Below the pieces are notes generated by a model that was not told where the DNA came from, did no database searches, and saw only the letters and a list, made by a program, of their open reading frames with translations. A stretch of 19,361 nt of DNA from Oopsacas minuta (lineage: Eukaryota; Animalia; Porifera): the NCBI GenBank assembly GCA_024704765.1, contig JAKMXF010000111.1:429076-448436 (forward strand), in the 5' to 3' direction. Below are positions 9,155 through 18,304 of the stretch, piece by piece. A program made the position numbers and the translations under genes. Position 1 is the first letter of the stretch; each line of letters opens with the position of its first letter.

Positions 9155-11182
9155 CGTGAACTACGCAATATAAGGACTGGAAACAGCAATAAAACTGGAC
9201 CATGGATGAACTACAAGCGCATTCGTTTTTTGCTATTTATTATTAGTTATGAACTTTAAACGATAAATATGCCTGTTATAATTGGAAGTCGACTCTGAAA
9301 TTGCACCAGGGATGAGATACAAGTCATTTGAATAAAATATTATTAATTACCCATAACAACTAAACCATAATTGGATTATATCATTACTGTATTTTATTCA
9401 ATGAATACAGGTACTGTTTTGGAATATTCTATCCTGTATTTTACGGGAACTTTTCCCGTGATCGGAATTCCCTGATTATTGTCTTTATACATTTCCTCCT
9501 TCTTTGTTTTACCTTGTTCTTTTATTCACATGTATTTTAGACACTTCTTAATGCCAAATACATGTTCTGTATTTGGGTGCAAAACTAATTACAGAGGTCA
9601 CCACACTGGCACTGTTTTCAGTTTACCAAAAGGATCTAAAGACTTGAAAGAGAAGTGGATTAGAGCTCTTCATAGGGATCTAGCCGAAGACCTTCCAGAA
9701 GATAAATATTCATTTGCATACACCATTTTAGGGAGGAAGATCTTATCCGCGTTGACCGGGCACTCCAAGCTGATGATAGCTACCCCGAAATACCACGCAT
9801 TAGACCAATTTATCGTCCGAACGCAGTGCCTGTTATTTTCCAAGCAGGCCCATCATATTTGAATACAACTGGTCAAATAGCAAAGCGTTTAAATCTTGAA
9901 TCTAAGGAAGAGGAAAACTTTGCTAAAGTCTTCACGATAGCATTATACAAGATCAAAAAGATTCATTACGGTTCGGTTTGGGGAATTTTGAGGTTCTTAA
10001 AATTAAGTTGCCAGAGTTACACCTTAACCAAGATTGGGCGATCTGGTACTCCTCTAGTAATACCTTAGAGATCATACAGCTGGAATTCGCCAATCAGTCT
10101 CTACATATTCTATCTACCTTATCAATTCATTCAGATGTAACAGTTTCAGCAGTTTGTTGCCAACACCAAGTTCCTTTGAGTCTCAGTAGATTAACCGATA
10201 TACGACAAATTGAAATCTTAATTGGTGATATTCTAAACTACACAAATCCTGAATTATTTCAATCCAGTTTTGTTCTAGAAATATTCTCACAAATATATCT
10301 TGCGATAAGTATGCTGAATTGTTACATGATCTAAATCCTACTGACCTCGACCTTCATGTTCTTCAATCAATTGTATTTATTGGTAACTACGCTGTATACT
10401 CTTATCTTAAAACTGCCACTTGCCATCTTTGTAGTCAGCAACTAACTGAGAACCAAGATATTGAGATTATAGACACTATTAAATATGACCTTATAAGGTA
10501 TATTGAACGTGGTCTATGAAATTGCCTTCAGAAATAGTAATTGAATCAATTGTTGTATTATGGAAATATTTATCAAGATTGATGAGAATGAAACTCTTAG
10601 GAAACACTTCTATTCCTCGCCACCAAGAAAGGTATTAATTCAGCTGACTGAAAATATGTTGGTTGATAATTCTAGCCAGCATTGGAGAGATAATTGTAAG
10701 GGCTGTGGTACTTCTGGTTGGACTATCCTTAGGAAGATCCTTAGTGTATGTACTAATTGCATACTAGCTAATAAAGTTCGGAATGTCAACTCTGAAATCA
10801 CATCTAGTAAGAATGATTCCCGGAAATTGAAGAAATTTTGATCTAGTTTGAAGATATATTAGTTCCTGATACTAAATCACTTAACAGTTTTGTAATGATT
10901 TTGGTTTCCTATTCCTTTATTATATTCCTGTTGTTTTAGACCTATTAATTATGTTATTATTTCAGTTATAAGTAATGATATGCTATGATAATAACATACT
11001 TTATTTAAATGACTTCTATCACATCCCTGGTCCAATTTCAGAGTCGATTTCCAATTAAAATAGGTATATTTATCGTTTAAAGTTCATAACTAATAATATA
11101 TAGCAAAAAACGAATGCACTTGTAGTTCATCCATGGTCCAGTTTGTATTGCTGTTTCCAGTCCTTCTATTTCGTAGTTCACG
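9155..11182 (+). mobile_element. Internally deleted P-superfamily (THAP, Galileo-like) DNA transposon, 2028 bp
   Basis: About 160 bp TIRs (9155-9314 and 11022-11182) starting CGTGAACTACG. 7 bp TSD GATACGG (9148-9154, 11183-11189). The flanks rejoin to match the uninterrupted upstream sequence of paralogues A and C. THAP coding remnant inside. Confidence 0.9.
9551..10841 (+). pseudogene. Degenerate THAP-domain transposase: N-terminal THAP zinc finger joined to C-terminal region, catalytic core absent
   Basis: MPNTCSVFGC..VFSLP..KWIRAL, then after a frameshift near 9705 ICIHHFREEDL..RPNAVPVIF, giving the complete C2CH THAP signature. C-terminal pieces GNYAVY..CHLC..IERGL and CKGC..ILRKIL..N..RKLKKF resemble P-element transposase tails as I recall them. 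Several frameshifts, and the element is too short for a full transposase. Confidence 0.82.
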
Positions 11183-11295
11183 GATACGGATACTTGTAAT
11201 AGATATATTATACTCTATACACACAATATGTATAAGCCTCTGTATATAGTTCTATATTATCATTGTACTAGCTTTATACTGAAATATATGTGAGA

Positions 11296-12594
11296 ATGGC
11301 AACTGCATTGATACATGAAATTCCAACCTCTGGACCTGATAGTTTGATGCCTGTCAGTAACAAGCTACAGGACAGAATGAATATACTGAGAGAAGTGATT
11401 GACAGCAAGAAGACACTCGTAAGAAATGTTGGTGAGGAAATGAAACAGCTGATAGAACACAAGACACAACTGATTTTCAGGGAACTGGAAGCAATCTGGG
11501 ATGAAGCTAACCAACGAATGAATCAGAAAAAAGATGAAATCTATAACGAAATCGAAGAGTTAAACAAACACAAAGCAGAAATGGAAAGAATCTTCAAAAA
11601 ATTGAACCAAATTCCCTGTTTCGACCAAATCAATGAATCTATAGAATCTGTGAAAAGAGGAATGAATATTGATATTCCTTACGTGAACTTGAAATGGAAA
11701 GTTAATGAGTTGAGGGAGAGTATTAACACACTGTGTACATGTGAACAGAGAATTGTGAAGTTTGTAGAAGATATTCATATTCCCCTGAAGTCAAGTTTTG
11801 GTGACAGAGGCGAGCTAAATGAACAGATATATGATCTATTTGATGTAGCAATAGATCTATTTGGTGTAGCAATAGATTCTATCAATGATAGAATATATGT
11901 AGCTGATAGGGAGACTAACAGAGTTCAGATATTCTCTGGAAATGGAGAATGGATACATTTTCTAGAAGAAGAAATTGATTATCCAGAGAATATTCTCATT
12001 CTATCTGACTCCATCTTTGTACAATCCATGAAGAGAATATGTAAATTCAACAAATTAACCTTTGAGAAAGAATCTTACAGTCATCTTCACTATTATCTAT
12101 CAGGAATCTGTACAGATAATACTTATATCTTTGTGGGTGAATGGGAGAATATACAGCTAACAGTCCTAACACCTGAATTGATAGAAGAAAGGAGAATACC
12201 TCTTAACACTCAATTCAAAGGAGAAGATACTCAGTTAGAAGATATATCACTAGCTAGAGATGTATTCTACATAGCTCTTACTGATACAGATTATCCTATA
12301 CAAGCATTCTCTAAACAAGGATCATTAATTAGATGTGTTGTACACAAAGATTTGTTAGTTAAGGTTTTGTGTTTCTGTCTTGATCAACAACACAAAATTC
12401 TCGTAGCTGATACAGGAACTTCTGAAGTCAAGATATTCTCAAATGAAGGTAAACTGATTACTAAATTCGGGAAAGAAGGATCAGCTCCAGGAGAATTCAC
12501 TGGGCTAACGGGAATAGCAGTGGATGACTTATGTTCTATTGTAACAGTAGATGAGAAGGAATATAACATGATACAGATCTTCTCACCTCTCTGA
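11296..12594 (+). CDS. Coiled-coil plus NHL beta-propeller protein, copy B (432 aa from first ATG)
   Basis: Intact ORF colinear with copy A, with the same blade motifs (IYVADRETNRVQIF, FGKEGSAPGEFTGLTGIAVD). Confidence 0.9.
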   Translation: MATALIHEIPTSGPDSLMPVSNKLQDRMNILREVIDSKKTLVRNVGEEMKQLIEHKTQLIFRELEAIWDEANQRMNQKKDEIYNEIEELNKHKAEMERIFKKLNQIPCFDQINESIESVKRGMNIDIPYVNLKWKVNELRESINTLCTCEQRIVKFVEDIHIPLKSSFGDRGELNEQIYDLFDVAIDLFGVAIDSINDRIYVADRETNRVQIFSGNGEWIHFLEEEIDYPENILILSDSIFVQSMKRICKFNKLTFEKESYSHLHYYLSGICTDNTYIFVGEWENIQLTVLTPELIEERRIPLNTQFKGEDTQLEDISLARDVFYIALTDTDYPIQAFSKQGSLIRCVVHKDLLVKVLCFCLDQQHKILVADTGTSEVKIFSNEGKLITKFGKEGSAPGEFTGLTGIAVDDLCSIVTVDEKEYNMIQIFSPL

Positions 12595-12747
12595 GTCTCT
12601 CACTTTTTCTTACTTTTTATGTTTTCATTTGTTTACTCAGAATTAGCCTAAATGTAATTTCCCCTGTTTTTATATGAAAAATTTATATTCCAAGTTGCAA
12701 TGAGAGATAATTATTCATATTTTACAACGAGCTTACTAATTTACTGC

Positions 12748-12947
12748 NNNNNNNNNNNNNNNNNNNNNNNNNNNNNNNNNNNNNNNNNNNNNNNNNNNNN
12801 NNNNNNNNNNNNNNNNNNNNNNNNNNNNNNNNNNNNNNNNNNNNNNNNNNNNNNNNNNNNNNNNNNNNNNNNNNNNNNNNNNNNNNNNNNNNNNNNNNNN
12901 NNNNNNNNNNNNNNNNNNNNNNNNNNNNNNNNNNNNNNNNNNNNNNN
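12748..12947. other. Assembly gap (200 N)
   Basis: Run of N. The round length suggests a placeholder size. Confidence 0.99.
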
Positions 12948-13628
12948 ATTGTTCACGATTCAAGAGGTTTCCAACCCTCAGAATGATCGTATCATCTCAA
13001 GCAGCGTCCAAGACATCCCAGAACAACTTCGATTCATACCGAGAAGGCAAAAGCCAGCTTCGGTCATGGTATGGGGGGAATCTCCGCAAACTCCCGGACT
13101 AATCTTATTTTTGTTCCGTCTGGTGTGAAAATCAATTCGAAAACCTATCGTGAACTCATTCTGGATGCTGAAGTGAAGGGTTTCGGTTGTAAGAACTTTG
13201 GAAATACGAGTTGGACCTTCCAGCAGGATGGAGCTCCAGCTCATACAGCTAACGCTACCCAACAGTGGTTCCGAGATCAAAAAATGGCCACCCTCCAGTC
13301 CGGACTTAAATCCTATGGACTATTCTGTTTGGTCCATCTTGGAGCAGAAGGTATGCGCAAGTTCTCACGCAAATATTAGCTCTCTCAAGGCTTGCTTGCA
13401 GCGAGAATGGCTGAAAATACCTCAGGATCACTTCCGGCGCGCCGTATACCAATTTAGGACTAGACTCCAAGCTGTGGTAAGTAAGAAAGGTGGCTATATT
13501 GAACAATAATATCTTATTTTAAATTCAACATAAGTAATAAATGATCCAGCAAAGAATTAGCTAGATCTGTTAATGGGTTTATGAGATATTTCAAATTAGG
13601 TTTGGGACAGAACTTTTGCCGCACCCTG
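12948..13628 (+). mobile_element. 3' half of a defective Tc1/mariner-superfamily transposon, DD37D (maT)-like
   Basis: NPQND..VMVWGGIS, WTFQQDGAPAH and WPPSSPDLNPMDYSVWS..GGYIE motifs, with stop at 13507-13509. There is a 1 bp frameshift in the G run near 13073-13078 and an inferred deletion of about 23 bp between the second and third catalytic Asp. Probable right TIR ends GCCGCACCCTG at 13628. The left part is lost in the gap. Confidence 0.88.
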
Positions 13629-14174
13629 GTTAGCAATTTAGTAACTAGGTAATACTATACTATTGAAAAGATGGATATTGGATTTCAGAATAACTAGACT
13701 TGCTAGAGAAATTCTGATTGCAGATTCGAGTTCAGCATTCAAAAGTATGCTAAGATAAATGTATGTGATCTCTGATGAGAAATTTTGTTGAGTTGTGTTA
13801 TTATTGCGTGATAATATAAATGATCATATATTAGTGTTGTCATACCTTAGGTTTTGGCTCGGATAGTTAGAGTTTGGGACGAATTTATCCGGTGTCATAG
13901 GGAATCCTTCTCCAAACATTATTCCCTACGGAATACTTGTTCCCATTTCCCTGACCCGAGTACCTGTGGCTAAGTGTGTTTCTAACTCACTATTTTGGTG
14001 ATTGAATTGGATTCTGATTGGATTATCTAACTAGATAGCATTTAGCCGAGAATATAATAAGCATTTCTAACTCTCTATTGTGGATAGTCTGTGTGGATTT
14101 TCGTTGGATTAGCGTTAGATCCTGGCTCCACTAGGTGGTTGGAGTTTCCTTGACCAGCGTACGTGTTGCTAAGC

Positions 14175-15156
14175 GTGCAAGGGGAAACACTTGGAGGAAC
14201 TGGTTTCTAGGGAATTGTGATTAGGGGAACAGGATTACCTCTGACACCGGATTTGAAGTATATTCTTTTGTGAATTACCTACTGGCCAACCTTTGTCTCC
14301 CCCATCCCCTAACGGATCACAGAGTTCCCTTGACACCAGATGTTTTCGCATTCGAAAGAGTGCATGGGGGTATAGGCGTAGCAGCAACAGGATTTTTGTT
14401 GGATGCCGAGCCTATATAATCTATCTAGCTTACCACTATCCCTTAGTATAATCATTGTATTCAATACGTTTTGGAGGGGCATTCTGAGAATATTGGGGAT
14501 CCCGTCCCGGCCCCACATGGGCTCATAACCTCTCAATTTTGAGCCTCTTTGTACCATACAGTTCAGACATTTTGGACATTTTATATGCGTTTCTATAATA
14601 AATACAAACCTTCATGCGAATATTCAACAATGTTTACATATATGCCTACCCAGGGTTTCATCCAGGCGTATGCGACGCGCCTACAGGCCCATGGATTTCA
14701 GCGAATATAGATCTAGGCGCGTCAACATTCGAGCATGATCCCATATCGTAGTACTATATGTATGCTCTACAAGCGTACAAATGAGGGGGATGATTTAGGC
14801 GTATGGTTCAGAAATGCTGGATGAAACCCTGTGCATACCTGCCAAGTGCAAACCTATTTGCGTTATATCCATATATGGAGCTTTAATTTTCCCTCTTGCA
14901 TTACACATTTTTGTGGTTGATGACGTCACTAATTTTGTGCCTATTGTGTGATGAGTCCAAATATGATATTGTAAACAACATTTCATAAACATTTGTACAC
15001 TTTTGGGATATATTGTAAGCAGATTTGAAGATTATGGCAGTATCATGTTTGGTATGGTTAAGATTTTGTTCTCGATGGCCGTAGGCCCGAGTGGGCACGA
15101 ATTGTTCGTAACCAGAGCACGAGCAAGCGAAGCGCGATCGTATATATTAATATAGT
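14175..15156. repeat. Second copy of the about 1 kb shared non-coding sequence
   Basis: Colinear with 5657-6634, including the nested MITE at the same site. Confidence 0.6.
14651..14831. mobile_element. hAT-type MITE family 2, copy 2
   Basis: Perfect TIR CAGGGTTTCATCCAG / CTGGATGAAACCCTG. TSD TGCCTACC / TGCATACC (one mismatch). Same insertion site as copy 1. Confidence 0.9.
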
Positions 15157-15445
15157 AAGTCAACGATTTAATGCTGAGCCAATATACTAATGTCACGCTT
15201 TTTCAGACATGTGTTGATGCTGATGGTCCACAAACCTTTCCAAAAACCTTACTGCGGCTGAACATGAATTGACCAGAGTTATGTTATCGGTCTAAACTGT
15301 ACAGAAACTAACAATCAGGGTCCTCCCGGTCCATGATATTCCCCGACTGCTACAACACTGGAACAGTGTCTAATAATATATGAGATATATTTAGACACAC
15401 ATTATATGATACTGATACTTGTAATAGATATAATATACTCTATAC

Positions 15446-15881
15446 CAGAGATGGAACCGATCGAAGATCTCGACCGGCCGGTAATAATTTCTGAATATGG
15501 TAAATCTGAATTTGATACTGTAATCATATTGACCAAAAACTTCAACTTAGCAGTTTGATCAAACTAGACCATAACTAAACAATTTAGTACAGATCTTATA
15601 GTAGATTTGTAACAAAATCCATTGTCTTTTCTCTATTTAATGAATATCTATCTCAAATTATCAATAATTATTATAATTCTTACTTAATTTATTTATCAAC
15701 CTTGAGCAAACGAGATTTTCTACTTTCTTGCTGTATCCACAGAATATTCAACATATTCTCGCCGTGTGCCACTTATGTCACAAGTGTCAGGGTATGCCAA
15801 TAATTTGGCCAGGTAGTGTGTAGTCAAAGTTACCAGTCGAGCCGGGTCAGGTCATGAAAAAGCTGACGGGTTCCATCTCTG
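15446..15881. mobile_element. hAT-type MITE family 3 upstream of NHL gene C (436 bp)
   Basis: Same TIRs and same TSD CTCTATAC (15438-15445, 15882-15889) as the copy at 6922-7391. It lacks the GGTCG-repeat stretch near the left end. Confidence 0.93.
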
Positions 15882-15964
15882 CTCTATACACATAATATGT
15901 ATAAGCCACTTTATATAGTTCTATATTATCATAGTACTAGCTTTATACTGAAATATATGTGAAA

Positions 15965-17245
15965 ATGGCAACTGCATTGATACACGAAATTCCAGCCTCT
16001 GGACCTGATAGCTTGATGCCTGTGGGCAACAAGCTACAGGACAGAATTAATATATTGAGAGACGTGATTGACAGCAAGAAGACACTTATGAGGAATGTTG
16101 GTGAGGAAATGAAACAACTGATAGAACAGAAGACACAACTGATTCTCAGGGAACTGGAAGCAATCTGGGATGAAGCTAACAAACGAATGAATCAGAAAAA
16201 AGATGAAATTTATAAGGAAATCGAAGAGTTAAACAAACACAAAGCAGAGATGGAAAAAATCTTCAAAAAATTGAACCAAATTCCCTGTTTCGACCAAATC
16301 AATGAATCTATAGAATCCGTAAAAAGAGGAATGAATATTGATATTCCTTACGTGAACTTGAAATGGAAAGTTAATGAGTTGAGGGAGAGTATTAACACAC
16401 TGTGTACATGTGAACAGAGAATTGTGAAGTTTGTAGAAGATATTCATATTCCCCTGAAGTCAAGTTTTGGTGACAGAGGCAAGCTAAGTGATCAGATATG
16501 TATTCCATATGGTGTAGCAATAGATTCTATCTATGGTAGGATATATGTAGCTGATCTGGAGTCTGACAGAGTTCAGATATTCTCTGGAAATGGAGAATGG
16601 ATTCAATCTCTAGAAGATGAAGAAATTGTTGGTCCAGAGAATCTTCTCATTCTATCTGACTCCATCTTTGTGCAATGCCCACAGAAAATATGTAAATTCA
16701 ACAATTCCACCTTTGAGAGAGAATCTTACAACTATCTTGACCATTCTCTATCAGGAATCTGTACAGATAATACTTATATCTTTGTGGGTGAATGGGAGAA
16801 TATACAGCTAACAGTCCTAACACCTGAATTGATAGAAGAAAGGAGAATAACTCTTAACACTCAATTCAAAGGAGAAGATACTCTGTTACAAGATATATCA
16901 CTAGCTAGAGATGTATTCTACATAGCTTTTACTGATACAGATTATCCTATACAAGCATTCTCTAAACAAGGCACATTAATTAGATGTGTTGTACACAAAG
17001 ATTTGTTGGATTATAGTTTGTCTTTCTGTCTTGATCAACAACACAACATACTCGTAGCTGATACAGGAACTTCTGAAGTCAAAATATTCTCAAATGAAGG
17101 TAAACTGATTACTAAATTCGGTAAAGAAGGATCAGCTCCAGGAGAATTCACTGGGCTAATGGGAATAGCAGTGGATGACTTATGTTCTATTGTAACAGTA
17201 GATGAGAAGGAACATAACATGATACAGTTCTTCTCACCTCTCTGA
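15965..17245 (+). CDS. Coiled-coil plus NHL beta-propeller protein, copy C (426 aa from first ATG)
   Basis: Intact ORF. It keeps the canonical NHL P-x-G-V-A entry (ICIPYGVAID), lacks the 7-aa duplication of A and B, and has one extra residue (LEDEEI). Confidence 0.9.
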   Translation: MATALIHEIPASGPDSLMPVGNKLQDRINILRDVIDSKKTLMRNVGEEMKQLIEQKTQLILRELEAIWDEANKRMNQKKDEIYKEIEELNKHKAEMEKIFKKLNQIPCFDQINESIESVKRGMNIDIPYVNLKWKVNELRESINTLCTCEQRIVKFVEDIHIPLKSSFGDRGKLSDQICIPYGVAIDSIYGRIYVADLESDRVQIFSGNGEWIQSLEDEEIVGPENLLILSDSIFVQCPQKICKFNNSTFERESYNYLDHSLSGICTDNTYIFVGEWENIQLTVLTPELIEERRITLNTQFKGEDTLLQDISLARDVFYIAFTDTDYPIQAFSKQGTLIRCVVHKDLLDYSLSFCLDQQHNILVADTGTSEVKIFSNEGKLITKFGKEGSAPGEFTGLMGIAVDDLCSIVTVDEKEHNMIQFFSPL

Positions 17246-17464
17246 GTTTCTCTCTTTTTCTTACTTTTTATGTTTCATATATTTATTCTACTAACTTTTG
17301 ACTATCCTACATGTATTTATCTCTAAGTATTCTTATATGAAAATATACCCTGAACAATTATAGTATTCAGTCACAGCTAATATTTCCATATACTACTAAT
17401 CTCTTCAATTCTTGACTGCCTATTCTGTAAAACTGTAACATATAGAGTATATCCTATGGCCAAA

Positions 17465-17590
17465 GGGGCCGTTCAAACGTTACGTAACGCAACAAGGGGA
17501 GGGGGAGTGGTATGCGATGTGTGACAGCCTCATTCTTTTTGTATTATAAACGGTGAAATGTGTCACACAGGGAGTTGGGGTCAAAATTTG
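17465..17590. mobile_element. Truncated PIF/Harbinger-like MITE (left end only)
   Basis: GGGGCCGTTCAAACGTTACGTAACGC followed by a G-rich tract, a terminus pattern I associate with Harbinger-type MITEs. No matching right end or TSD was found. Confidence 0.45.
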
Positions 17591-17774
17591 GCCTCTTGGT
17601 CACGTGCGGTCGCTAGTACATTTCCGGTGGTCCTATGCTGCGCTATACACCATGTACTAGCTTAAACTGTCCCCAGTCCCTGCAATAACGTGTGCTTAGA
17701 TGTTTATTGCAATGACGTAGGCTAATACTAAGGATAACCTAGCCTCTTAATTAGTTCAGACGTATGCTTACAGA

Positions 17775-17958
17775 CAGGGTTTCATCCAGGCTTATGCAAC
17801 GCGCCTACAGGCGCATGAATTTCAGCGAATATAGATCTAGACGCGTCAAAATTCGAGCAAGATCCCATATCATAATACTATATGTATACTCTAGGTGCGC
17901 GTAAAAATGAGGTGGAAAGTTTTAGGTGTATGGTTCAGAATTGCTGCATGAAACCCTG
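17775..17958. mobile_element. hAT-type MITE family 2, copy 3 (independent insertion)
   Basis: TIR CAGGGTTTCATCCAG / CTGCATGAAACCCTG with a perfect and different TSD CTTACAGA (17767-17774, 17959-17966). Confidence 0.93.
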
Positions 17959-18133
17959 CTTACAGATATTTGTATCTACATTACTTGGGGAAACTAGACA
18001 ATACATATTAGCCACTGATTATTAATTTACAAAATTATTATTAATTTAAACTTTCAAGGATGAAGATTCATATAATCGATTCTTTAGGAGATTTGTTATT
18101 TGTTTAATAAAATATATTCTTGGTTTACCATTG

Positions 18134-18225
18134 NNNNNNNNNNNNNNNNNNNNNNNNNNNNNNNNNNNNNNNNNNNNNNNNNNNNNNNNNNNNNNNNNNN
18201 NNNNNNNNNNNNNNNNNNNNNNNNN
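18134..18225. other. Assembly gap (92 N)
   Basis: Run of N. Confidence 0.99.
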
Positions 18226-18304
18226 AAGTTAATAATTTCACACCTTTTAGTAGTTAAAGTTTGACCTATCAGATTAGGTCTTGTTATCATTTTATTCTTT
18301 TCAG

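Noticed and set aside
12700-12963. ORFs containing long X runs (also 18096-18290)
   Set aside because: These are artefacts of translating through N gaps.
13630-14420. LTR retrotransposon remnant (TGGTGTCA-like primer-binding motif and a YSVGNNVW peptide on the minus strand)
   Set aside because: The match to a tRNA 3' end is too short, no paired LTRs are present, and there are no RT or integrase core motifs. The stretch remains unexplained.
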